A stretch of DNA of 64,000 nucleotides from Candidatus Krumholzibacteriia bacterium (GCA_963836185.1 CAWIIQ010000001.1:2208001-2272000); one strand, 5' to 3'; positions 1-9,163 are shown, counted from the stretch's first letter. Numbers and translations: made by a program. Notes: generated by a model from the letters alone, not told the origin.

Positions 1-48
1 TTATTATCAACGCCGGCCCGCTTACCACGGCCCGGCAGTCCAATCCAA

Positions 49-138
49 TGGCGGAGAGAGAGGGATTCGAACCCTCGGAGGAGTTGCCCCCTCAACGGTT
101 TTCGAGACCGTCCCGTTCAACCGCTCCGGCATCTCTCC
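49..138 (-). tRNA. tRNA-Ser (anticodon CGA)
   Basis: Reverse complement GGAGAGATGCCGGAGCGG...ACGGT-CTCGAAA-ACCGT...GGTTCGAATCC...CTCTCCGCCA; long variable arm, encoded CCA. Confidence 0.96.
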
Positions 139-208
139 GTCGGGAACTATATATAATCGGCGCCAAGATATCAATAGCGGAGAGTCGTATTGTCTGCTGA
201 TTATGTGA

Positions 209-295
209 ATTAATGGCCGGGACGGACATAATTAATGGCCGGGACGGACATGATTTACGCCAGGATTGGATATAATTTATGCCGGGATGGACATA
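209..295. repeat. Four-copy ~22-bp tandem repeat between two tRNA-Ser genes
   Basis: attaatggccgggacggacata (209-230), attaatggccgggacggacatg (231-252), atttacgccaggattggatata (253-274), atttatgccgggatggacata (275-295). Confidence 0.85.
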
Positions 296-299
296 AAAA

Positions 300-390
300 T
301 GGCGGAGAGAGAGGGATTCGAACCCTCGGAGGAGTCACCCCCTCACACGATTTCCAATCGTGCCGATTAAGCCAGCTCTCGCATCTCTCC
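300..390 (-). tRNA. tRNA-Ser (anticodon GGA)
   Basis: Reverse complement GGAGAGATGCGAGAGCTGG...CACGA-TTGGAAA-TCGTG...GGTTCGAATCC...CGCCA; long variable arm. Confidence 0.96.
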
Positions 391-407
391 GCTAATAATC
401 TGTCAGG

Positions 408-443
408 GACCAGTCCACGCAGTATCGGAGACCAGTCCACGCA
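408..443. repeat. 14-bp direct repeat with 22-bp period
   Basis: gaccagtccacgca at 408-421 and 430-443. Confidence 0.75.
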
Positions 444-473
444 CCATCGAGTGTCATATCAACCGGGTGCGTC

Positions 474-923
474 TCAGTCCTCACGTAATCTAGTAAAAAA
501 CTTCCTCAGAAGCAAAAGACATTCTTCCTCGAGCACCCCGCTCTTGACGATCAGCCTGTGACCGTACAAGTCCGCGTGGTGAAGGTCACCTACAGATCCG
601 CAGGCGCCGCTTCTAGGCTGCCTCGCCCCGTAGACGACACGTTCCGCCCTGGCGAGATACAGAGCCCCGAGGCACATGTGACACGGCTCGGATGTGACAT
701 AGACGCTGCAGCCGTCGAGTCTCCAGTCTCCCGTCACGGCTGAAGCGCTGTCGATCGCAAGGATCTCGGCGTGAGCCGTAGCGGTCTTTCTCGTCTCGAC
801 CTCGTTACGGCCCCTCCCTATAACCTCGCCGCCACGGACCACGACGGCGCCAACCGGCACTTCACCCGCCTCAAGGGCCAGCGCAGCCTCGGCCAGCGCC
901 TCCTTCATCCATCTCTCATCCAT
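474..923 (-). CDS. tadA: tRNA adenosine(34) deaminase TadA
   Basis: EVPVGAV, HAE and EPCHMC zinc-deaminase motifs; adjacent to tRNA-Ser genes. Confidence 0.93.
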   Translation of the reverse strand: MDERWMKEALAEAALALEAGEVPVGAVVVRGGEVIGRGRNEVETRKTATAHAEILAIDSASAVTGDWRLDGCSVYVTSEPCHMCLGALYLARAERVVYGARQPRSGACGSVGDLHHADLYGHRLIVKSGVLEEECLLLLRKFFTRLRED

Positions 924-963
924 CGGGTATATCTTTCAGCGTGCCTGCCGGCTGTCACCTCTG

Positions 964-1677
964 TCAGGAGCCCGATTTTTCGGGTATCGCCCCGACGAGC
1001 GACTCCAGGACAAGGACCACCACATCATCGAACGGAGGCGCCGCGTAGATATCTCCTCCCGATATCGAGGTCCCTGATACCCTCCTGTCGATACCTGCGG
1101 ATGAGGACTGGACCCTGTCCCCTTCACTCCGGACCGATTCCTTGTAATTCTCATCGGTCGCGTCCCAGAGAACATGCCCGTTGCCCGGATCTATCAGGCT
1201 GAGCGTCATGCCTACCTGAGTCACCGATGCAGCCGCAGCTTCACGATAATCCGTCTCGTCCTTGTGCCACAGATATACTACGGGGACGAGCAGCAGGTCT
1301 ACGTCCAGTTCCGCCTTGATCGCCCGGCACAGGTCCATATGCACTATATGCTCCCGGCTCCACTTGGTCTTGAATTCCTCGGACCTCTCCGCGAGGTCCG
1401 CTTTCGCGACGACCATCCTGAACTGCTCCGGCGAAAGGAACTTGTAATCGTATCTATCGGAAACGAACTCCCAGAGGACCCTGTTGGGGATCCTCTCCGA
1501 ATCGCGCTTCGGATCCTCGCCCCTGGTGATAGTGCTTATCGTCGGCAGGACCAGTATCGTCGTGTATTCTCCCGGGTTGAAATCAGGTTCGGCCTCTATG
1601 CTCACCGGATGCTTCGATTTGCATCCGGCCATCGCGAGCAGTACGAGCGCGATTACTGATATTACTGTTTTTTTCAT
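964..1677 (-). CDS. Hypothetical lipoprotein
   Basis: Signal peptide with lipobox LAMAGC; alpha/beta domain resembling CsgG/LpoB-type lipoproteins. Confidence 0.75.
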   Translation of the reverse strand: MKKTVISVIALVLLAMAGCKSKHPVSIEAEPDFNPGEYTTILVLPTISTITRGEDPKRDSERIPNRVLWEFVSDRYDYKFLSPEQFRMVVAKADLAERSEEFKTKWSREHIVHMDLCRAIKAELDVDLLLVPVVYLWHKDETDYREAAAASVTQVGMTLSLIDPGNGHVLWDATDENYKESVRSEGDRVQSSSAGIDRRVSGTSISGGDIYAAPPFDDVVVLVLESLVGAIPEKSGS

Positions 1678-1721
1678 CTTCCACTCCGGTTTCCAGTTGA
1701 AGGACTAGAATATCGCTCTGA

Positions 1722-1751
1722 AAGATACCAGTGTGATTATCGCAGTGTCAA
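1722..1751 (-). promoter_or_regulatory. Putative sigma70 promoter for lipoprotein-tadA-tRNA operon
   Basis: Minus strand TTGACA-18 bp-TATCTT. Confidence 0.45.
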
Positions 1752-2098
1752 TCCGTATCAGGGCAAGACGTACAGGAATGAACTTCAGTATCAGGATCAC
1801 CGGATCTATCTATTACTGTACAGTTGCGCCTCCAGTCAAACTGCTCCATAAGATAATTTGGAAATCTTTCTTAATTTCTATATTGACAACATTTTGGAGG
1901 TATTTTTCGACCCGTCCGGACAGGCCTGCGGGATACCCGCCAGAGCGATACAGGCGGCCCGGGAGACCCGCCGGGGGAACAGGCCATCATCTCTTTTTCG
2001 CCTCCCACAGGAAAACGCCTCTACGTTCTCCTGTCACGTCCCCGGGATCCCGTGTTATAATGTCTGTGCGTGGTGGGTGGACAATGGGAGGTGGAAGT

Positions 2099-3277
2099 AT
2101 GAACGACTCAATCCGGCTCGATTCCCTGGGCACTCTTTCAGACAACAGGCTGATACGACAGCTCGAATCCCTGAGGGGGAAGGAACGCATGCTCCTCGCT
2201 GCGGTCCTTCGGCACCTTCTGGAGATGGAACGTCGAAAGCTCTACCTGCCAAGGGGATATTCGTCTCTGTTTGAATTCTGCACTCAGCACCTGAAATATT
2301 CGAGATCCGCCGCAGGGAGAAGGATCGCAGCTGCCAGGACTATCGGGAAGTTTTCTTCTCTCGAGGGATATCTCCTCAACGGCGAGATCAATCTCTATTC
2401 CCTGTCCCTCATCTCGGGGATCCTGACCAGGGAGAATTTCAGGGAGATCGTCCAGGGGATCAGGAACAGGCCGACCCGTGAGGTCGAGGCCTTCGCGGCT
2501 GCGTACAGGCCCGCCCGCGTCCTGAAGGACCGAGTCAAGCCGGTCTGCGTGATGGTGCCCGCTGCCGCAGACGGAAAAACCGCCCGTCCGGGAAGGACCT
2601 CTTCCAGTCCCGGCACCGGTTCCAGTCACGGCACCGCCGGGTTCGACCCCACTCCCGGTGCCGGGAGTGCCGGATCTACTCCCGGCGCCGGGAGTGGAAA
2701 ATTCCCCGCACCGGGATCGGGAAGACCGGGGCCCGAGATTTTCGAACATGTAAGGATCAGCAGGAAGTTCAAGTTCGAATTTGCCGTAAACAACGAGTTC
2801 AAGAAAAAGTTCGACCGCATGAAGGCCCTGCTCTCTAGCAGATATCCCCAGGGTATCAGTTTCGAGGCTCTCTTCATGTTGCTGATGGACGAATACATCG
2901 AACGTCACAGCCCTGAGGGAAGAGCCGCCAGGCGGGAAAAACGACTGGCAGCGGGGACCAGCTGCGGGACCGGATCGTCAAACGCCGTCAATGGATCGGG
3001 CGGCGGCGACAGATCCGGCCGGAGAACGCGCAACATACCGGCAAAGGTCCGCGACGAGGTCTTTCTACGCGACGGAGGGAGATGCACCTTCAAAGGCTCA
3101 GATGGCAAAAGATGTAACTCTAAATGGAACCTGCAGATAGACCATATCGTACCTTTTGCGCTCGGCGGGGACGATTCACCCGGGAACCTCCGGCTGCTGT
3201 GCGGGAAACACAACCGGCTGGAAGCGGAGCGCGTCTTTGGAAGCCGGCACATGGAAAGGTTTAAAAAACGGGAATAA
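2099..3277 (+). CDS. HNH endonuclease with DUF222-like helical N-terminal domain
   Basis: ATG after GGAGG; N-terminal LSDNRL...LYLPRGYSSLFEFC...YSRSAAGRRIAAAR; C-terminal RDGGRC...C...LQIDHIVPFALGG...NLRLLCGKHN; the ORF-track start at 1733 looks over-extended. Confidence 0.88.
   Translation: MNDSIRLDSLGTLSDNRLIRQLESLRGKERMLLAAVLRHLLEMERRKLYLPRGYSSLFEFCTQHLKYSRSAAGRRIAAARTIGKFSSLEGYLLNGEINLYSLSLISGILTRENFREIVQGIRNRPTREVEAFAAAYRPARVLKDRVKPVCVMVPAAADGKTARPGRTSSSPGTGSSHGTAGFDPTPGAGSAGSTPGAGSGKFPAPGSGRPGPEIFEHVRISRKFKFEFAVNNEFKKKFDRMKALLSSRYPQGISFEALFMLLMDEYIERHSPEGRAARREKRLAAGTSCGTGSSNAVNGSGGGDRSGRRTRNIPAKVRDEVFLRDGGRCTFKGSDGKRCNSKWNLQIDHIVPFALGGDDSPGNLRLLCGKHNRLEAERVFGSRHMERFKKRE
2606..2719. 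repeat. Intragenic array of ~18-bp palindromic repeats
   Basis: actcccggcgccgggagt (2678-2695) is a perfect palindrome; actcccggtgccgggagt (2651-2668); degenerate copies at 2606, 2624 and 2702. Confidence 0.8.
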
Positions 3278-3422
3278 GGCAGGATCATCGAGCGCCATCT
3301 GATAACATACTTAAATAATATTGATTACTGTCTTGATTATCAGGTACGCGTGGTATAGCATCATGGCGTCTGAGGTCGCCCCGCCGGCAATACCACAGTG
3401 CCCTATGCTCTGGAGGTCTCAC

Positions 3423-4724
3423 ATGCACCGTATCATCCCGGTCCTGGCCATAACACTAGTCGTACTCTCAGGATGCGGAGACGATTCTACGAATCCCGGT
3501 GAAAACGGCGGAGGTTCGACTGTTACCGGTGAATATGTCGTATTCGCCTGGAACGATCTCGGGATGCACTGCCTTAACGACACATACGATCAGGCAGTGA
3601 TCCTTCCCCCCTACAACAATGTCTGGGCCCAGGTGATCGAACGGGGCGACCCGCCCCGGATAGTCACGGCCGGCCTTACGGTCGACTTCAGGCTGGACAA
3701 CAACACATACTCTTACGGCAAGGAGGAGTACGGGGGATTCTGGGATAATGCTGACGCTCTTTTCCGGTTCGTCCCCGGATTCACAGCCCCCGCCAATAAT
3801 ATCGGCCTGACGGGAACGGGGCTCTCCGGCCATATGGAAAATGCCTCCGACCATTTTGTCGCCGAAGGGATACCGGTCGTGCCCGTCAGCGATTCATCCG
3901 ATTACAGCGCGTACCAGACGGGGATAATCACGGTGAAGGACAACGAGGGGAAGACTGTCGCATCGACGAGGGCGACTGTACCGGTCTCGGACGAGATCAC
4001 CTGTTCGAAGTGCCATACCGCCGACGCGTGGACCGATGTCATCGCCGACCATGACCGCCTTCACATGACGAGCCTAGCCGATTCGGTACCCTTCCTCTGC
4101 GCTTCCTGCCATGGAAGCCCCGCGCTGGGCACGGTCGGTACCGGCAGCGCCGGCATATACCTCTCGGAAGCTATTCACGGGGCCCACGCTTCCCGGGAGG
4201 CCACATGCTACGATTGCCACCCGGGGATAAACACGAAGTGCATGAGAAGCGAAAAACACACGGCGGCAGACGGCAATTGTGAGACCTGCCACGGTGACCT
4301 GGCCGAGATGGCTTCATCGATCGTAGAAGGCCGGGTACCCTGGGCCAACGAGCCGTCATGCGGATCGTGCCATACCGGTGTGCCGGGGATGGAGCCGTCG
4401 GGCACCCTCTTCCGCAACGCCATGGGACACGGTTCTGTCTACTGCGCTGCCTGCCATAACTCGCCTCACGCAATGTACCCCTCGACGCTGATGGCCGACA
4501 ACTACCAGCCTATCGAGTACCAGGGCGGAGCAAAGACGATCGGAAGCTGCGGCGTGTGTCATGAGGATTCCAGAGGCGACGTCGACGATATACACGAATT
4601 CGAGGAAAAGCACGGCACCGCCGATCCCGACAGGATCATCAACTGCCATGTGTGCCATACAGTGGTCAGGGACAATACGATGAGCTGGCCACACCAGTGG
4701 AAGTGGAACAACAGCAACGACTGA
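3423..4724 (+). CDS. Multiheme (8 CxxCH) cytochrome c lipoprotein
   Basis: GGAGG before ATG; lipobox VLSGC; WNDLGMHC motif; CSKCH, CASCH, CYDCH, CETCH, CGSCH, CAACH, CGVCH, CHVCH. Confidence 0.92.
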   Translation: MHRIIPVLAITLVVLSGCGDDSTNPGENGGGSTVTGEYVVFAWNDLGMHCLNDTYDQAVILPPYNNVWAQVIERGDPPRIVTAGLTVDFRLDNNTYSYGKEEYGGFWDNADALFRFVPGFTAPANNIGLTGTGLSGHMENASDHFVAEGIPVVPVSDSSDYSAYQTGIITVKDNEGKTVASTRATVPVSDEITCSKCHTADAWTDVIADHDRLHMTSLADSVPFLCASCHGSPALGTVGTGSAGIYLSEAIHGAHASREATCYDCHPGINTKCMRSEKHTAADGNCETCHGDLAEMASSIVEGRVPWANEPSCGSCHTGVPGMEPSGTLFRNAMGHGSVYCAACHNSPHAMYPSTLMADNYQPIEYQGGAKTIGSCGVCHEDSRGDVDDIHEFEEKHGTADPDRIINCHVCHTVVRDNTMSWPHQWKWNNSND

Positions 4725-4750
4725 TCATCAGGCTCTGGATATATCTACAA

Positions 4751-4780
4751 AAAGGGACCGCTCCTGTGAGCGGTCCCTTT
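4751..4780. terminator. Bidirectional intrinsic terminator
   Basis: aaagggaccgctc-ctgt-gagcggtcccttt between convergent genes. Confidence 0.85.
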
Positions 4781-4812
4781 CATTTGTCATACTGACCTCG
4801 GAATCGACCCGC

Positions 4813-5718
4813 CTATTCCATCCCGGGGATGGCCGCCATCATCTTTTCCTTGGCGAGCAGCCTCTGCCATTTTCTCTCGACATCCTTCTCGATCCCGTCG
4901 AGTTCCTCGTCGGTCAGGTGCCTGAAGCGCCCCTGCGGCTTGAGGTATTCGCGTACCGATGTCGGCTCGAAGTCCTTCCAGACCTCGAGCTTCTCGCCGT
5001 ACTCGGTGATCTCGAGGATCGGGAAAACACGCGATGTGACGGCCCTTCTCGCGCTCTGGATCGAGAGCTCGGGAGCGAGCTTCCAGCCTGTCGGGCATGG
5101 CGCGAATATATGGATGTACCTCGTTCCCTTCATCTCCTTCGCCTTGCGGAACTTGTTGATCACGTCCTCGGGCCATGCGACCGAACAGGTTGCGATGTAG
5201 GGGATCGAGTGAGCAGCCATGATATCGATCATGTTCTTCTTCGGCTCTCTCTTGTAGTTATCGACCGGCGTTGTGGTGGTCCATGCCCCGACAGGTGTCG
5301 AGGATGAGCGCTGGATACCGGTGTTCATGTACGCCTCGTTGTCGTAGCAGACGTAGATGATGTCTTCGTTACGCTCGGCGGCGCCGGAGAGGGCCTGAAG
5401 ACCGATGTCGTACGTGCCTCCATCGCCCGCCCAGGCCATCACGGTCGTCTCGCTGTCGCCCCTCATCTCGAGCCCGGCCTTGAGACCGGCGGCCACGACC
5501 GCGGCCGTCTCGAACGCCGTATGGAATATCGGCAGGTTGACGGCCGAGTGGGGAAACGTGCCGTCGATCACTGCCCAGCAGCATGCCGGGATGGTGAGCG
5601 CGGTCTTCGGACCGAGCGCCTTGAGGGCAAATCTCATAGCCTGAGTAGCTCCGCATCCCTGGCAGGCGAGATGCCCGGAGCCCATCAGCTCTTCCATCGG
5701 AATACGCGGCGCTTTCAT
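4813..5718 (-). CDS. porB: 2-oxoacid (pyruvate/2-ketoisovalerate) oxidoreductase beta subunit, TPP-binding
   Basis: GHLACQGCG, GDGGTYDIG...DNEAYMNTG TPP motif, APCPTGW. Confidence 0.92.
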   Translation of the reverse strand: MKAPRIPMEELMGSGHLACQGCGATQAMRFALKALGPKTALTIPACCWAVIDGTFPHSAVNLPIFHTAFETAAVVAAGLKAGLEMRGDSETTVMAWAGDGGTYDIGLQALSGAAERNEDIIYVCYDNEAYMNTGIQRSSSTPVGAWTTTTPVDNYKREPKKNMIDIMAAHSIPYIATCSVAWPEDVINKFRKAKEMKGTRYIHIFAPCPTGWKLAPELSIQSARRAVTSRVFPILEITEYGEKLEVWKDFEPTSVREYLKPQGRFRHLTDEELDGIEKDVERKWQRLLAKEKMMAAIPGME

Positions 5719-6867
5719 ATCTTCACTCCTATCCAGTTGATATATCTCTCCGGATCCTTGTCGCCGATCGCCTTGTCGGCGATCTCGCGGACGACCTTCG
5801 GCGTGATGTCGCGGCCACCGAGGCCCGCGATATAGCCGAGGATCGGGATGTCGGTTCGGCCGTAAAGAGCACTCTTGATCTCCTGGTAGAAGATACCGTG
5901 CGCTCCGAACGAGATGTTACGGTCGATCACGGCGACCTTCTTAGCCTTCGAGAGGACCGCGAAAACCTCTTCGATCGGGAAGGGCCTGAAGACCCTTATC
6001 TTCAGCGACCCGGCCTTGATCCCCTCGTCGCGGAGATCATCGATAACGACCCTCGTCGTAGAGGCCACGGTGCCCGAGGTCACGAATATGATCTCGGCAT
6101 CGTCGCAGCGATAGGGCTCGATGAGCCCGTATCCGCGGCCGAACATCTCTTTGAATTCATTGTCGACCCTCTTGATCACCTCGAGGCCCCTGTCCATCGC
6201 TTCCTGGATCATGTAGCGCAGCTCCATGTAGTGGTCGGGACCCGCCAGGTTGCCGAACGAATGCTGATCGGCCGTATCGATCTTGATATCGGGCTCGTAC
6301 GGCGGCAGAAATTTCCTGACCTCTTCCTTCTCGATGATATCTACGATCTCGTATGTATGAGAGAGGAAGAAGGCGTCCATGACGAGCATCACGGGCATCT
6401 GGAGTTCCTCGGCTATCTTGAAGGCCTGGGGAACTGTATCCTGTGTCTCCTGGTTAGACTCGCAGTATATCTGAAGCCAGCCGACGTCTCTCTGGGAAAG
6501 GGAATCGTTCTGGTCGGTCCAGATCGACCACGGAGGCCCGACGGCCCTGTTGACATTAGCCAGCACGATCGGGAGCCTCGCGCCCACGGCCCAGTGAAGC
6601 ATCTCGTGCATGAGGAGCAGTCCCTGGGACGATGTCGCCGTGAAGGTCCTCGATCCGGCGGCCGACGCTCCGACGCAGGCTGCCATCGCGCTGTGTTCCG
6701 ATTCCACCTTGATGAACTTCGCGTCCAGTCTCACCGTTCGCACACATCTCGGACAGGAGCTCCACGATATGGGTCTGCGGCGTGATCGGATAGGCCGAGA
6801 TGACCTTGGCCTCAGAAGCTTTTACGCCGTAACTGACGGCGTGGTTTCCCATGATGACCTTCTTCAT
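5715..6867 (-). CDS. porA: 2-oxoacid oxidoreductase alpha subunit (one frameshift near 6729)
   Basis: MKKVIMGNHAV...AYPITPQT in one frame joins LDAKFIKVESEHSAM...ATSSQGL...NR...GLGGRD in the next frame; one extra base at ~6729. Confidence 0.88.
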
Positions 6868-8543
6868 TTTCCCTCCTCCCGTATCGATATGGCGTTGCGC
6901 GGGCACTCGAACGCGCAGACGAGACAGCCTTTGCAGTAATCGTAATCGAATTCATATTCGTCCTCGTGCCGCTTGATGGCGACGTCGGGACAGTATACCC
7001 AGCAGTTATCGCAATAATTGCACACACCGCACGAGAAGCACCGGTCCGCCTCAGCGGCGAGCAGCTCCGGTGTGAACCCCGTCTTTATCTCCGAGAATCC
7101 AGCCTTCGCTTCGGATGTCGAGATACCCGGAACGAGGTTCCTCTTCGAGTGGGTAAAATAATCCGTGTTCATATCCTCTATGCCGACAGTCTTCGGCTCC
7201 TCGATCTCCGGCTCTGCCTGACCGGCAAGCATTCGGCCGATCTTCCCGGCTGCCTTGCGTCCGGCTGCGATGGCTTCGACCACACTAGCCGCTCCGGTTA
7301 CTACATCGCCACCGGCGAAGATCTTCGGATTGGAAGTATCGCCTGTCTCGCCGCCTGTCTTTATAAGGTTCCATTCAGTCTCGACCGAAGATTCGATCCC
7401 TTCGAGATCGGCCTGTTCACCGATCGCGGTGAAGAGCCTGTCCACCTCGAGCTCTATCGTCTCGCCCTCGACCGGTACCGGCCTGCGCCTTCCCGAATCG
7501 TCGGGCTCGCCGAGCTCCATCTTCTGGAAGATACCCCGAACGAGCTTTCCGCTCTCGATAACGAGTTCCTTCGGAGCGGCGAGGAAATGGAACGCCACTC
7601 CCTCTTTCTCCGCTTCCTCTATCTCCTCGGCGATCGCCGGCATCTCGTTTCTAGTACGGCGGTATACGACCGTGACCTCACTGCCTGACCGGAGTGCGCA
7701 CCTGGCGACATCCATCGCGGTGTTCCCGCCTCCGACCACGACTACCTTCGCGCCCGGATCGACCTTCTCGCCGCTGTTGACCCTGCGGAGGAAATCGAGG
7801 CCGGGCTCGATCCCTTCCTTGTCCTCGCCATCCACTCCGAGGCCGCGGCTGCTCATCAGTCCCAGGCCTAGGAAAACGGCGTCGTAATCCTTCTCAAGCT
7901 GATCGAAAGTGATATCTGTCCCGACCTTGACACCGGCCTTGACCTCGATCGGCCCCGAGTCGAGGATCTGTGAGACGACCCTGTCGAGGAGTTCATTGGG
8001 GAGCCTGTACTCGGGTATTCCCCACCTGAGAACGCCGCCGAGAGCCTTGTCCCTCTCGAACAGAGTCACGGCGTATCCCTGCCTGGCGAGATAGAAGGCG
8101 CACGATAGCCCGGCGGGGCCGCTTCCTACGACTGCCACCTTTTCTTTCTTTCCCGCCTTCGTCTTTTCCATCCAGCTGCCGTTCTCGAGACCAAGGTCCC
8201 CGAGTGACCTCTCGATAGCGTTGATGTTTACTGCCTCATCGTAATCCTTCCGTGTGCACTTCGTCATACACGGATGAAAACAGACCCTGCCCGTCACCGC
8301 GGGCATCGGGTTGCTGTCGATGATCGTCTTCCATGCCTCCTCGTACTTTCCCAGCGTAACGAGATAGATGTACTGCTGTATATTCTCGTTAGTGGGACAT
8401 CCGAGGATGCACGGTGACGTCTTGAAATCGTAGAGAGGCCTTACGTTCCGCCACGATCCGGTGAGGTTCCACATCATGGAACCTGTCGTCATCGGACGGA
8501 TCGGCATCTCTTTGTAACTCTCGAATTCGATTTTCTTGACCAT
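6864..8543 (-). CDS. PorD/GltD-like fusion: FAD/NAD(P)-binding oxidoreductase with C-terminal 2x[4Fe-4S] ferredoxin
   Basis: PorD-like N-terminus TGSWRNVRP; SPCILGCP, GRVCFHPC, GSGPAG, GGGNTAMD, FAGGD; C-terminal CNYCDNCWVYCP and DYDYCKGCLVCAFECP. Confidence 0.88.
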   Translation of the reverse strand: MVKKIEFESYKEMPIRPMTTGSMMWNLTGSWRNVRPLYDFKTSPCILGCPTNENIQQYIYLVTLGKYEEAWKTIIDSNPMPAVTGRVCFHPCMTKCTRKDYDEAVNINAIERSLGDLGLENGSWMEKTKAGKKEKVAVVGSGPAGLSCAFYLARQGYAVTLFERDKALGGVLRWGIPEYRLPNELLDRVVSQILDSGPIEVKAGVKVGTDITFDQLEKDYDAVFLGLGLMSSRGLGVDGEDKEGIEPGLDFLRRVNSGEKVDPGAKVVVVGGGNTAMDVARCALRSGSEVTVVYRRTRNEMPAIAEEIEEAEKEGVAFHFLAAPKELVIESGKLVRGIFQKMELGEPDDSGRRRPVPVEGETIELEVDRLFTAIGEQADLEGIESSVETEWNLIKTGGETGDTSNPKIFAGGDVVTGAASVVEAIAAGRKAAGKIGRMLAGQAEPEIEEPKTVGIEDMNTDYFTHSKRNLVPGISTSEAKAGFSEIKTGFTPELLAAEADRCFSCGVCNYCDNCWVYCPDVAIKRHEDEYEFDYDYCKGCLVCAFECPRNAISIREEGK

Positions 8544-8602
8544 TCAGCCTCCAGCCTTATCTGATCCCTCTTCGGGACCGGGCCTGTTGTACGGCCCCGG
8601 AT

Positions 8603-9163
8603 CTATTTTTTGGAGATGATCTTCACCCCGTTGAAGGCGTCCTCTGCCGCCTGCATATTCGCTTCCTTCTTGAACGGAACGAAGCCCTCGATCGCCTGTT
8701 TGACCGCGTCGAGTCCGACCAGGCCGGTCGCTCCGGCGAACGCGCCGATGATCGACGTGTTCACGATCGGAGCTGCGAGCGATCCGAGCTTGTGACTCAG
8801 CGCTATCTTAGCCGCGTCGACCGTCGCGATGCTGAACTTCTCGAGCAGTTCATCGTCATCGCACTCCATGTTCGTGTTAATCACGATCCAGCCGCCGTCC
8901 TTCAGCCCGTCTGTTATATTGACGGTCTTCAGAAGCACGCGGTCGAGGACAATGAGATGATCGGGCTCGTAGATCTGACACCTCTCGCGGATCTCACCCT
9001 CTGAGGCGCGGGTGAATGCCATCACGGGAGCGCCCCTGCGCTCGACACCGAAGGCCGGAAACGCCTGGACAAACTTCCCTTCGTGGAAGAAAGCATCTGC
9101 CAGGATCTCCGAAGCGATCACCGAGCCCTGGCCACCCCGGCCATGGGTCCTGATTTCCAGCAT
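8603..9163 (-). CDS. porC: 2-oxoacid oxidoreductase gamma subunit
   Basis: EIRTHGRGGQG, FGVERRGAPV, IVNT motifs. Confidence 0.92.
   Translation of the reverse strand: MLEIRTHGRGGQGSVIASEILADAFFHEGKFVQAFPAFGVERRGAPVMAFTRASEGEIRERCQIYEPDHLIVLDRVLLKTVNITDGLKDGGWIVINTNMECDDDELLEKFSIATVDAAKIALSHKLGSLAAPIVNTSIIGAFAGATGLVGLDAVKQAIEGFVPFKKEANMQAAEDAFNGVKIISKK

Noticed and set aside
209-295. Possible mini-CRISPR
   Set aside because: Units are directly adjacent with no spacers, and no cas genes are present
235-561. Short ORFs over tRNA genes (also 9307..9962)
   Set aside because: Spurious translations of tRNA sequence
1733-2098. N-terminal extension of the HNH ORF
   Set aside because: No RBS at 1733; contains promoter-like elements; family-like sequence begins at ATG 2099
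49-4780. Integrated element at tRNA-Ser
   Set aside because: No integrase and no duplicated tRNA 3' end outside complete tRNA genes
6720-6740. Programmed ribosomal frameshift in porA (and iscS)
   Set aside because: No slippery site; one of many similar +1 indels, consistent with sequencing error
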